A DNA stretch of 64,000 nucleotides from Promethearchaeati archaeon (lineage in GTDB: Archaea > Asgardarchaeota > Heimdallarchaeia > Heimdallarchaeales > Heimdallarchaeaceae), in NCBI GenBank assembly GCA_013166775.1, contig JABLTJ010000004.1, positions 96,001-160,000 on the forward strand, in the 5' to 3' direction. This document shows positions 9,764 through 20,600 of this stretch, one piece after another (position 1 is the stretch's first letter; the number at the start of each line of letters is the position of its first letter). The position numbers were made by a program, and so were the translations under genes. A model generated the notes under the pieces. It ran no database searches and was not told the origin of the DNA. It worked only from the letters and a program-made list of their open reading frames with translations.

Positions 9764-10840
9764 ATGGTTGAGAAATTTCGAAGTGATATAATCATTGAAG
9801 GGAGTGGTTTATCAGCTTCTGCATTAGCATATTATATTTCTCTTCATAATGATGATGATGTAATTATTTTGATTCAGGGGGAAACAAAAGAAACTGATAT
9901 ACCAAATTTCACTCCAGGATTCAGTTTTCCACAATTTGATTTGCCTGTGGATTCAATGGGTAATATTTTCAGAAAGACCAAAGATAATCTAAGAGATCTT
10001 CATTCAATATCAGGATTGTTTGAGTTTTCAATAAATCCGCTAGTTACAACGTATAGAGGAAGAAATTTTCAGAAATTGATGGAGAATCATAAGGAAAAAC
10101 TTGGAAAAACAAATATCAAACACAATTTATTGGATATTGAAGATATTTCTAACTATTATCCCTTTATTTCTCGTCAAGAGGAAATATATCTTTTGGAGAT
10201 ATTTGATTCAATAACATGTGCAAATATCAATGAATTATCCCATGCTTTTCAGAAGTTTGCAGAAGAAAATAATGTTATTATAACAAAAGAATCTGGAAAC
10301 CTAAGACTAGATGTGAAAAGTTGCCAATTACTATCAGAAGAGAGCAGCTATACAGCTAATAAGAATATCACAATTACGTCAAAACAACTATTTTCTTCTT
10401 CCTTTCATGAAGAATTTTTTGCTCTAGATATCTCGACACCAGTCTTTGAAAAATTTCCTAGAATTAATCTAATTGATTTCAACAACAAATCCTGTATGTG
10501 GTTGGAAGAAGCGGGTTATTTTCATATCTTTAGACTGTTTGATGTCGACGATGAAGAACGTAATAGAAAACAAGTAGAGAAAGATTTTGAAAAAATCTTT
10601 CCACATCTTGGAATACTTGAAATTGCTGATTCCAGCTTTGTTAAGTTAATGCAATGTAATAATCTGAGTAAATCACTTGGAACTTTAAGTTCCACCAACA
10701 TTCATTACTTCTCACTCCCAGTAGAGTCTGAGCTTTCATTGATTACAATTCTTGCAGAGAATTATTCATATTTAATTGCTGCTGATAGATTAAAGGAAAA
10801 TGGAGAGTTTAATTTTCTCAATCTGGCAACAAAAGACTGA
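9764..10840 (+). CDS. FAD-dependent oxidoreductase (DAO family)-like protein, degenerate
   Basis: DIIIEGSGLSASALAYY Rossmann start lacking two canonical Gly; central LLD.EDI..YYP and L.HAF.K.AEENNV segments match the DAO fold. Confidence 0.55.
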   Translation: MVEKFRSDIIIEGSGLSASALAYYISLHNDDDVIILIQGETKETDIPNFTPGFSFPQFDLPVDSMGNIFRKTKDNLRDLHSISGLFEFSINPLVTTYRGRNFQKLMENHKEKLGKTNIKHNLLDIEDISNYYPFISRQEEIYLLEIFDSITCANINELSHAFQKFAEENNVIITKESGNLRLDVKSCQLLSEESSYTANKNITITSKQLFSSSFHEEFFALDISTPVFEKFPRINLIDFNNKSCMWLEEAGYFHIFRLFDVDDEERNRKQVEKDFEKIFPHLGILEIADSSFVKLMQCNNLSKSLGTLSSTNIHYFSLPVESELSLITILAENYSYLIAADRLKENGEFNFLNLATKD

Positions 10841-10853
10841 TTTCCAGATTCAA

Positions 10854-13211
10854 CTAATTTACCATTTCTTCTAAGAATTCACTGTACTTAATTAGATTAT
10901 CTTGACAATATCTTCTTATTACCCTTGTATGTGATTTAACGATTAGGTTATTTAGAAACTTTAGTTTCTTATTTTTCTTTATTGTATTCAGAATACCAAC
11001 AACGATTTCAGCTTTTAATCCCTTAGATTTCTCAATGAATTGCTTCCTTGATTTCGCAGTCATTTTAGTTAGCCCTTTAACTATACCATCGACACTATCT
11101 ACACCTAAATAATTTAATGAAGAAATTCCAACCCTAGCATTACCTTCAACTATCTGGTTGACTGTTTCTTGTATTATTTCAATATCCTGAGCAATAGCAA
11201 GGAGAAGTATTAATCGTTCTTTTGCTTTTTTGTTCCTTTCCTTTTGGAAGAATTTCCTCAATGGTTGAATCGCTGATTTTTCCATTTTTTCGATTATTTT
11301 TCGAAGATTATTGAACCATTTATCCTCAGCACTTTTTAGATTAGGAAGAATCAATTCGAGTGTTTTACTTTCCATTTTGCTTAATGCACTTATGGTAGAC
11401 TTTACAAGATGCTGATTTGAAGAAGTTAATTGTTGGGAGAGTTTCTTTACAATGGGAGAACCTATTTTTACTGCAGCATAAATTGAAGCTTCTCTGACCA
11501 ATTCTTTAGATCTCTTCATATTATTAATAATAACATCAATAACGCCTGGATCTTGCAATTCACCTAGAGCTCTTGTTGAAATTTCTGCTATACCGTCATC
11601 ATTATCTTTTGCAGCTTTTATTAATGAAATGAGAGCTCTCTTACTTTTTATTTTTCGTAAAGATTCAACAGCTTTTCGTCTTAATTTAATATTAGGGTCT
11701 GATAAGATTGATGAGAGGATAGGAACTGATTTAGTACCAAGATGAGACAACAAATCACAAGATTTTTCTCTAATTTCTGGATCTATCTCCTTCAAGGATT
11801 TAGTTAATAAATCGAAGATTTCGTCGTCTTTAGATCTTATTTTTCCTTTATGGAGAGCGAATGAATAACCTAGTTCTTGCAGTTCTTCTGATGGGTAGTA
11901 TAGAAATAGTATAATTCCAAGTTTCACACCTTGAGTAAGATTACTTTCAAGAAATCCATCTAGTGCGAGTTCGATATTATCTGTACCAAAATAATGTAAA
12001 ACCTCCACTGCATTTTTCCTAAGTTGTAAGTCATCATCAATCAGTTCTTCAATTAAAACCTTTATTGAGGGAGTGCCTAAAGTGAGTAGAGCTTGAGTAA
12101 CAGCTTCAAGAATCGATGGATTCTTTCCTGCTAGTTGAGTTGTTAATAATCTTATTGCTCCTTCGTAACCATACTTTTGACTCATAACCAGAGTTAAACA
12201 CTGTGCTGCGTTTCTCCTAACATTCCTTTTACCTTTTTGGAGAGCACTCATTAGATAATCATAACTCGATTCACCTATTCTTTTCATAGATTCAATTATG
12301 TAAGGAACGTTTCTATCTTTTTCAAGGGCAGTAATCAAACTTGGAAGTGCTCCATTGCCAATTAAGGCTAGAGACCTTGCAGCATAATACGCAGCGGGAT
12401 CACCCTTTTCAAATTGGTTTACAAGTATCCCAATAGCTTTTTCACTCCCTAGATTCCCTAATGCTTCAATAATAGCTAATTGTGTATCTATAGAGTCCTT
12501 GAAATTTGAGAGTCTCGTGATTAAAACATCAACATGCTTTTGATTATCTAGATGCATCAAAATAATTGAACCATATTTAATATGCTCTTCAACATTGGAA
12601 GTCAGAATTATTTCACGAACTTGCTTTACGAAAAGATACGTAAGTTCAGGAAATTGAGTGATTGTGAGAAGAGTAAGTTCGGTGAAAATAGGATTAGTTT
12701 GCTTTAATCTATAAGAGAGAATTTTCTTTATTTCCTTAGATTGCTCATCAATAAATTGAAAATTAATGAAAGTGTCATCATAATTTGATAAGGAAGAATG
12801 ACAGGTTCTGATGGCAATTTCAGTTAGAGTCGCTAGAACAGGTGTAACTATTTGTGCTTTACTAATAGCAGAAAAAATCTTCTTTGCTTGAAGTGTAGAA
12901 AGTATTTCGAAGAATAATTCAAAACTCTCATCCTTGATTAAATATGTATGAATAATAGGAATAAAATACTGAAGTTTATTGACTATAACAGCTTTTATTA
13001 GATTGTCATGATTTTTAAGATATTCTTGGATTATCTTGTCCGTTGGAATATAATCCGTACTAAATAATAATTTTGTAGCATTTACTCTAACTAGCGTATC
13101 CTTATCAGTTAGAAAATTGATCAATAAATAATAATCTTTAATGTTTTCTAGGCTTATTTTTTCTACTTTTTCTTCTTTCAAGAGGAGTCTTTTGAGCTCT
13201 TCTTCATTCAA
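10854..13211 (-). CDS. HEAT-repeat (PBS-lyase type) protein
   Basis: Repeated VR..AA..L, LR.KAVE.L and EALGNLG units over about 500 aa; ATG overlaps the Rab stop (ATGA). Confidence 0.88.
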   Translation of the reverse strand: MNEEELKRLLLKEEKVEKISLENIKDYYLLINFLTDKDTLVRVNATKLLFSTDYIPTDKIIQEYLKNHDNLIKAVIVNKLQYFIPIIHTYLIKDESFELFFEILSTLQAKKIFSAISKAQIVTPVLATLTEIAIRTCHSSLSNYDDTFINFQFIDEQSKEIKKILSYRLKQTNPIFTELTLLTITQFPELTYLFVKQVREIILTSNVEEHIKYGSIILMHLDNQKHVDVLITRLSNFKDSIDTQLAIIEALGNLGSEKAIGILVNQFEKGDPAAYYAARSLALIGNGALPSLITALEKDRNVPYIIESMKRIGESSYDYLMSALQKGKRNVRRNAAQCLTLVMSQKYGYEGAIRLLTTQLAGKNPSILEAVTQALLTLGTPSIKVLIEELIDDDLQLRKNAVEVLHYFGTDNIELALDGFLESNLTQGVKLGIILFLYYPSEELQELGYSFALHKGKIRSKDDEIFDLLTKSLKEIDPEIREKSCDLLSHLGTKSVPILSSILSDPNIKLRRKAVESLRKIKSKRALISLIKAAKDNDDGIAEISTRALGELQDPGVIDVIINNMKRSKELVREASIYAAVKIGSPIVKKLSQQLTSSNQHLVKSTISALSKMESKTLELILPNLKSAEDKWFNNLRKIIEKMEKSAIQPLRKFFQKERNKKAKERLILLLAIAQDIEIIQETVNQIVEGNARVGISSLNYLGVDSVDGIVKGLTKMTAKSRKQFIEKSKGLKAEIVVGILNTIKKNKKLKFLNNLIVKSHTRVIRRYCQDNLIKYSEFLEEMVN

Positions 13212-13798
13212 GTAGTCTGCCCCCTCTGCTTCTTGCGGTACTTAATGAAATCTATAATTCCAGAACCAAGATTCTCAAAAACTTCTTGAACATTTTCTCC
13301 AGTTCTTGCAGAAGTTTCATAGTATTTAACTTTGAATCCTTTAGATTTGTATTTCTTATTTAAATCTTGAACGTATGCTAATGCTTTTTCTTTTACATTT
13401 ACTCGTTTTGTTTTAGAAAGAAGGTCCATTTTGTTACCTAAAACATAGAATGGAACAATACCTCTTTCTGTACCTATTTCTAATTCTTTCACCCATCTAT
13501 CTAAAGTTTTTAGTGTAGAAATTTTCGTAGCGTCAAAAACCATTAATGCACCTAAAGTTCCCCTATAATACAACATACGAACTTTCTCGAAAATTTCTTG
13601 ACCAGCAATGTCCCAGATTTGAAATAAAACTGAATAATCGTAAATTTCTTTTGGTAAAGAAGCAAAATCAGCTCCAATTGTTTCAAGATGTTTTGTGATA
13701 AAACCTTCCCCCAAATACGAACGTCTTAGACTTGTTTTTCCAACCGCTGCTTCTCCTGCTAAGATGACCTTTAAAAATAGTTTTTGACCATAGCTCAC
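13208..13798 (-). CDS. Rab-like small GTPase
   Basis: GEAAVGKT, TIGADF, WDIAGQE, GNKMD, ETSAR; polybasic C-terminus without Cys. Confidence 0.93.
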   Translation of the reverse strand: MSYGQKLFLKVILAGEAAVGKTSLRRSYLGEGFITKHLETIGADFASLPKEIYDYSVLFQIWDIAGQEIFEKVRMLYYRGTLGALMVFDATKISTLKTLDRWVKELEIGTERGIVPFYVLGNKMDLLSKTKRVNVKEKALAYVQDLNKKYKSKGFKVKYYETSARTGENVQEVFENLGSGIIDFIKYRKKQRGQTT

Positions 13799-13800
13799 TG

Positions 13801-15570
13801 TTATCCCGTCTCACTAGTTATATTGTTTTTAGATAAATGCTTTGTTCGTCCTAGTTTATTATTAATAAAATTGAAAACAGCTGAAAGAGGGAGTAAGAAT
13901 GAATAAATCAAATATAATGCACCTAAAGCTGTAATCAACAATACAAGAATTTCTCCATTAAGAATTAAACCTAAATTAGGTGTAAGCAACATCCCTAAAA
14001 CGAAATTGTTTACTACATGTAAGAAAATAGCTGCATGTAAACCATACTTATAGAAAGCATATCCAAAGATTAATCCAGCTACTGCAGCTTGGAAAATCTT
14101 CCCTTCTTGCCAATAAGGATAACCTAATTGATAGTGTACATACCCGAAACTATAGGATGAAAAGAGAAGAAAAAGAAAATCAATTAATCCTAATTTCTTC
14201 CAGCGTCCTGTTAGGTAAAAGAGGGGATTCTTAGGTTTTTTTTCAAATATATATCTTGCAACTCTAGACGAATTTGAATGATTTTTTTTGTTTCTTTTAA
14301 TCATTATTTGTGATAATTTTATTATTCCATAAAAAATACCATTTAGAATAAACAGAGGTAGTCCAAACAAAAGAAAACGATATGTTATTTCTTCATTAAA
14401 ACCAGCCCAATATAATTGTGATAACTGTACGTATAGTACATCATAATTGATATCTATTTGTGAAGCTATGGGTATTCCTAAATTAAGAAGAATAATGATT
14501 ATGAATGAAGCTAAAGCTAGATTTAAGCAAGCCAAGTTCATTACAGGAATTATATCACTGACCATTATTCGTTTGAAGAATTTCTCTGTTCTATTTTTCG
14601 AGGTTCCAGGCAAAGTTGATGGAGGGCTATATTCCTTTGGCTGAATATCAGGAGAGAGAATGTTGAATGCTATATCATCCATTGATTCTTCAGGAGAAAA
14701 ATCTCCAGCATCAGATGGTACTTCCTCTAATGACAGTTTTTTGTCCTTTCTAGGTAAGTAGAATAATAGAATAGTAATACCGAAGAGAGCAAAACACATT
14801 AAAGATTGAGTAAGTTTCCAATCAACGATAAATTTTGATGGAATTGAGGTTGATACAAAAAATTCTTGTCTAAAACCCAACTCAGCTTTGTAAGAGTAAA
14901 AGAAATTAGGATAAGTAAAAGAAAGATTTGCGACAACTGTATCAGAAGGTATTGAAGGAAAGACGATGAAAACAAGAAAATTAGAAACAACAAGCATTAT
15001 TGCTACAACAACCATACTATTTTTCCACAGTTTATTTATGGAATACTGAGATTGTTTAACAAGTGATCCCAAACCAATTTTCCTATCATCTGGTAAGATG
15101 ATTTCTTTATGGATCAGTAATCCAAGATGCTGTTCAATTTTCGGATAGGTGAAGATTCCAATTAGAGAGCTCAATATAGCTATTTGTAGAAATTGAAGTA
15201 GGTTAGTAGAGACTGTGATTAGGATAAAATTATCTCTGAAAATTGTTAAATAGACAATAATAGTATAAATCAGAATAATACCAAATAAAGGTAAGAAGAA
15301 TTTAAACAGATGAGTGAGTGCATTATCACCTTGATCCTTTTTATTTATTATAAACCATCTTCGAATTTTCCAACCATATAAAATGTAAAAGATTACTGAA
15401 ATGAAATAAATTACTATAGAAATTATGAAGCCTTGTTCTAGGTAGTAGAAGCCGAAATCAATATCATTGGCAGAGAATAAGGTAATCATAGTGTTTAATG
15501 CAGATAAAGCAAGAATGAAAACAGGAATAAAGAGTGTGTCAAGAATCATTCTACTGATATTCTTCCGCAT
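13801..15570 (-). CDS. CPBP (Rce1/Abi, CAAX protease type II) intramembrane protease with N-terminal multi-TM extension
   Basis: EEITYR (EExxxR), FGYVH (FxxxH) and HVVNN (HxxxN) motifs in the C-terminal TM domain. Confidence 0.85.
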   Translation of the reverse strand: MRKNISRMILDTLFIPVFILALSALNTMITLFSANDIDFGFYYLEQGFIISIVIYFISVIFYILYGWKIRRWFIINKKDQGDNALTHLFKFFLPLFGIILIYTIIVYLTIFRDNFILITVSTNLLQFLQIAILSSLIGIFTYPKIEQHLGLLIHKEIILPDDRKIGLGSLVKQSQYSINKLWKNSMVVVAIMLVVSNFLVFIVFPSIPSDTVVANLSFTYPNFFYSYKAELGFRQEFFVSTSIPSKFIVDWKLTQSLMCFALFGITILLFYLPRKDKKLSLEEVPSDAGDFSPEESMDDIAFNILSPDIQPKEYSPPSTLPGTSKNRTEKFFKRIMVSDIIPVMNLACLNLALASFIIIILLNLGIPIASQIDINYDVLYVQLSQLYWAGFNEEITYRFLLFGLPLFILNGIFYGIIKLSQIMIKRNKKNHSNSSRVARYIFEKKPKNPLFYLTGRWKKLGLIDFLFLLFSSYSFGYVHYQLGYPYWQEGKIFQAAVAGLIFGYAFYKYGLHAAIFLHVVNNFVLGMLLTPNLGLILNGEILVLLITALGALYLIYSFLLPLSAVFNFINNKLGRTKHLSKNNITSETG

Positions 15571-15736
15571 TTTAATGACCTTTAAATATTATTACTTAAA
15601 GTTCTTTTCAGTCTTTAGGTATTTATGAATTTTTGATATCCAATAGTTTAAGGAAAAGCTTTTAAACATGAATACGACTTTTTGTTCTAATTCAAACATA
15701 AGCAAACTAAAGACAACCGATTTACAGGTGTATTAT

Positions 15737-16156
15737 ATGAGCAAGAAAAAGAAAGATGAAAAAGAAGAAGTAGTTGAAGAGGAAGTCGAAGAAGAAGTAG
15801 GTGAAGAGGAAGCTGAAGAAAAAATAGTTGAAGAAGCAAAGAAAAAGAAGAAACCTGCTCCTAAAGCTAGAAGTGAAGAAGAGCGTCAAATAATCTACAT
15901 CGGTAAGAAGAACACCATTAGCTATGTTCTCGTTGCTGTAACTATATTAAATAAGCATGATAACTGTAATATCCAAGCGAGAGGAAGGCAAATCTCTAAA
16001 GCAGTTGATGTTGCAGAGATTACTCGCAGAAAATTCTTACAAGACATAGTTGAAGTAAGTGGTGTTATTATTGGTTCTGAAGATATCGCAAGTGATATAG
16101 AAGGAATGCCACCTAAGACTGTCTCTACAATTGAGATAATTATGAAGAAAAAATAG
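15737..16156 (+). CDS. albA: DNA/RNA-binding protein Alba with acidic/basic N-terminal extension
   Basis: IYIGKK...YV, ARGRQISKAVDVAE and VSTIEI motifs; start ATG 15737. Confidence 0.92.
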   Translation: MSKKKKDEKEEVVEEEVEEEVGEEEAEEKIVEEAKKKKKPAPKARSEEERQIIYIGKKNTISYVLVAVTILNKHDNCNIQARGRQISKAVDVAEITRRKFLQDIVEVSGVIIGSEDIASDIEGMPPKTVSTIEIIMKKK

Positions 16157-16213
16157 CAAAGTAAGATTCACTTAATAGAATTTTTTTCTTTAATTTTTTA
16201 TATATAATTGATG

Positions 16214-17623
16214 TTAGATGAAATCTCCTGTTTCAATCTTTTGAGGTAGATAGAAATTTGTAATATATTGTGGATCTCGAGCATTCAGAGCTTGTATTTC
16301 AGCTTTATACCCACTGGAAATTAGAATCTCTAACTGTTCTTTCCATCTTGGTTTTCTTACTACAAATTCCTCTTCTAGCATAAGCTTAGATCTATGAATA
16401 TCTTTGGCAGTCATTTTTAGGAGAGTGCTACTAGGAATATCAAAACCACTTTCTGGAGCTAGATCACTTGGAAGAAGCCCCAACCACTTAATGCTTGGTA
16501 CTGCTAAATGACTAGATTCGAAGCTTAGTGCTTTGCTTCCTACACTATAAACTCTCATGATTTCAAATCCATAGGGATCGGCATCCATAATCGCAAAAAT
16601 AGGGAGCTTCAATTCATCATCTATTTTTTTGAGAAACTGTCTTGTTGCAATATCTGGTTGTCCTTTTGCAGTTATTAGAATACTTGGCACATAATCATAA
16701 AAATGATCTTCTGCTAATCTATTAAAGACAGCATCTTTTTCTATTACTAATACAAATTCTGCATCAGAATCTAAATCTTCTATGTCATCTATATTCGGTG
16801 AAATAGCTTTTCCTGCTCCAATTGCTCTACAATTAATTAAATCACCTTTTTCCTTAAAATCTATGCGACCTACAACTATACCTTTAGAAGATGCACTTAT
16901 GTTGAGTGAGGATCTAGTTACTTGCAACATTGCGCTCAAATCCTCTAATAATGAATCAGAGACAGTTTGCTTCTCAAACGAATTAACATCCATGTAAAAT
17001 ACATCTCTTTTGGTACTATGAATATCTCTGGTAAGAATATCGTGAATAATCCTCATAATGATAGTCATTTGTTCCACAGAGCTTACAGATGCAAGATTAC
17101 GAAATTGTCGTTCAATCATTTGTCTTCCAATTAGAACGAGTTCTTGTTCTTCGTCAAATCCTACATTTGTTCCAGCTCTAGAGGGAATATAAAACGAAGC
17201 TTCAGATGGAGATAGCATTGCCTGTTGAAGAAAAGCCAAAGAGTATTCCACAAGCAAATTGTTGGTTTCTTCAGATGTTTTAGTATCTACATGAGTAACA
17301 CCAAAAGGCATAAAATGATCTAATTTATGTTCAAGTTCTTTACGAACATCTTGAATCTTTTTCAGAGAAACTGCGTTTTTTATACTGATTTTCATTGTTT
17401 CCTTTTGCAAAGGGTATCTTGATAATTTTCGAGTTGATTCCAGTTTGTACCATTTCTTTGCACTTCTGAGAAATAAAACAAAAGATCCTCGCCTAAGATC
17501 AAAGGCTTCTCTAGCCCATGAATACATTTCTCTAACTAAAATTTCTTTATCAAAACTAAATGGTTTTTCCAATGCGGGTATAATTGTTGAGTTTCTAAAT
17601 ATGAAATTAAATTCAGGTGGCAT
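16214..17623 (-). CDS. top6A: DNA topoisomerase VI subunit A with N-terminal ubiquitin-like extension
   Basis: TKRDVFY with the catalytic Tyr, Toprim VIEKDAVF and DADPYG, KAEIQAL. Confidence 0.95.
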   Translation of the reverse strand: MPPEFNFIFRNSTIIPALEKPFSFDKEILVREMYSWAREAFDLRRGSFVLFLRSAKKWYKLESTRKLSRYPLQKETMKISIKNAVSLKKIQDVRKELEHKLDHFMPFGVTHVDTKTSEETNNLLVEYSLAFLQQAMLSPSEASFYIPSRAGTNVGFDEEQELVLIGRQMIERQFRNLASVSSVEQMTIIMRIIHDILTRDIHSTKRDVFYMDVNSFEKQTVSDSLLEDLSAMLQVTRSSLNISASSKGIVVGRIDFKEKGDLINCRAIGAGKAISPNIDDIEDLDSDAEFVLVIEKDAVFNRLAEDHFYDYVPSILITAKGQPDIATRQFLKKIDDELKLPIFAIMDADPYGFEIMRVYSVGSKALSFESSHLAVPSIKWLGLLPSDLAPESGFDIPSSTLLKMTAKDIHRSKLMLEEEFVVRKPRWKEQLEILISSGYKAEIQALNARDPQYITNFYLPQKIETGDFI

Positions 17624-17625
17624 TT

Positions 17626-20600
17626 TTAATTACCCTCCTTTTTTTGGGTGTTTGAAGATTTCTTAACCGTTGTTGTATTTTTGTTACTTTTGGTCATATC
17701 CAACAAAGTTGTCTGTCTAGCTTTAGCTGATTTTCTATCGGCAGATTTTGTTGTAACTGAAGTTTTTGGTTTTACTGAGGTTGAACCAGCTTTTTTAGGT
17801 GTAGCTTTTTTAGTAACAGGTTTTGAGGTACTAGTTTTCTTAATGACTTTTACTTTCTTAGGTGGAAGTCTGCTTTTTAGGCTCTTGATAGCCATATAAC
17901 TGAGATCTGTTTTCTCATCGAGTTGCGCAGCTGGATAAACTACAAAATCTTTGATGGTGGTAATTCCTAATTGCTTGATTTGCTTAATTACTTCAGGTTT
18001 TATCTCTAAAGTTCCAATGGGTTGTTCAAGTATTCCTATCAGCTTCTTAACATTTGGATCCTTTAACGATGTGGAATTCTTCATCTCTGTATCTGGCATT
18101 AAAAGTGCTTGAAGAGTGGTTATACTACTTCCTTTCAATTGAGCTATATTACCTTCAGTAATATGTGGAAGTGTTTTTCTTATTTCGACTTGATCCTTTT
18201 CAGCTTGCTTGAGAGATTCAGGATTCAATGACGCATAAAGTGATCGAAGATCCTTTACAGGTAGTGTAATTATCTTAGAGAGCTGTTGAACTAGAGTTGC
18301 GAATAAATCCCATAAATTATTGATATTTTTGCTATGCAACAGAAAAACACTCTGAGCATTGATTTTAATCATGTCAGTAAGATAATAAATCGGGGTTTCC
18401 AGAAGTTTTTGTATTCGAGATATTTGAAGTTTATTTAATCTCGAAGTTGAAGCTATGAGTTCTTCTGAGGCTTTCAAATGAGCGATGGTTGTATAACCAG
18501 ATATCTTTAATAATTTCTTTGTGTTTTTATCGAACAAACCTATCTTATCTACAGGATAACTCTTGTTAACCAACGCATCTTTTATCGACAAGAGACTCAA
18601 GGAACTTTGTAATTTCTGTACAATTGTTTGTTCCTGTTCTGTAAGAGACATTTTTACAACTTTTCTTACATCTGGAACAACAATGAAATCAATAACTTGT
18701 ACGATTCCTGCTACTTCTAATTTAGAAATTAATCGTTCTTGATTAACAAACAGATTGATCGGAGCTCTTAGAGCAATAACTAATTCGACAAGTTCTGGCT
18801 CGTAATCTGCGATCTCCGTATTCTCTAGATGTTTAATCAGAGTACCGAAGGATCTAATTTTCTGTTTTCTGAGGAAAGGTGCTAACTCTGAACCGCGTAT
18901 AAAGCTAGACAATCTCTTCTGTTCATCGTCCAGCATTCTTTCCACTTTTGTTGAGGATAATTTAGGTAAAAGATTAGCACAACTCAGTTTATCGCTTTCA
19001 GGTGTAGTTGATTTGCAATAGAGCAATAAATCATAAATATTGACTAGCTTTAATTCTGATACAAGTTTCTGGATATTCTTGGATTGTCTAATAGGTGGTA
19101 ATGAAAGCAATTCTGTTTCTACCATAGAACAAACAGTTTCTGTGAGTTTCCAGAGAGAACTTGTTTTAGCACTAGATTGTCTATTGAAAATTATAGCTTC
19201 TTCAATTGAATAAATAGTGTTACTCTCTAATTGTGATATATTACTTCCACTAAGTAATTCAGAAGGTAGATTCGTCAATTCCTTTTCAAGATCATTTAAA
19301 AGACTAATTGATATATTTCTAAGATTTCTTAGGAATGTCGTTTCTGAGATCTGTTTCTTAATCTTGATACTATCTTCTAGCAATAACTCTCTGATATTTC
19401 TATATGGGAGTTTAGCTACTTGATCGATACTATTTCTAGTAGGAGCTAAGAGAATAGGAGATCTTGATAAAAATGGAACCAATTCCTTGAATCGCTTACT
19501 TATTTTTGAGTGTAGATGCGATTTTGTTTGGTCATAGATTGCAGTTTTATGCTTTTCAAGTAATAGTAAATATTCAATTGTTGAATCTGACATTTCCAAT
19601 TTCTGATCTTTAGATTCAAGATTGAGTATTTGAGATAGGGGTAAACCTTTACTAAAAATGAAATTAATTACAGTACTGATACTATCTCGCTGTTTTTTCT
19701 CCATGGTCATTTTATCTATGCTTGGAGCCAAATATGCAAGGTCTAATATTGATAAGGAAAACTCGGAAGTTGAATCAAAATCTTTCAAATTTAGTTGTTT
19801 AAAGATTTTTATCTTATCCAAGATATAGTTTGGAACTTTCTCAAGTTTTACTTTCTTCTCAAAAAGGTCTACATAAGTCTTGATGTCCTTTTGTTTCAGG
19901 ATGTCTATATCCTTTTTGGAGAATAATTTATTCTCTTTAATTATTGGATGATGACCAATGTTGCCTTCAGTTAATGAATAACGCAGTTTTTCAACTTCAG
20001 TTTGTTTAAGGGAAAGAATTGAAGATAACTCTTTGTTTGTTAATAAATATAAATCTTCAATTGTTTTAATCGATTGGAGTAACCTCTGCCAACTTTTTAT
20101 TGTTACATTAGGGAATAACAATAATTGTATTGGAGTATTCAATCTTCTTTGTATTTTGTTTCCTAAAGCTCTGGATATTGGATAATTTTCTTGTTTCAAA
20201 GAGTAGATTAAATCGTCCATTGTGGAATAATGTTTAAGAGTTTCTTTCTTCGTTTCAGCATCAAAAATCTTAATCTTACTTAGTTGAACTTTTTTGCTAA
20301 CATCTGTTTCTATCTTCTTATATGATAATGATGTTAGTGAAGTAATTATTGCTTCCTTGAATGAAGCAGGAGTCAAATTGGTCCAGAAAGAGCCAGGTTT
20401 GATAATAAGTTCACCAACAGTGAATACTCCTTTCAAGGCAAGATTTTCGGTATCAGACTTCGAAAGAAAAGACAATGAAGAAACAGGATTCTGGAATGAT
20501 TGATTGATTTTGTGTCCTAATATGCTTAATGAATCCTTATTCTGTTCTAAAACAGTGACTAAATCAACAACTGTGTTGACATTAGAGACACTAACCTTCT

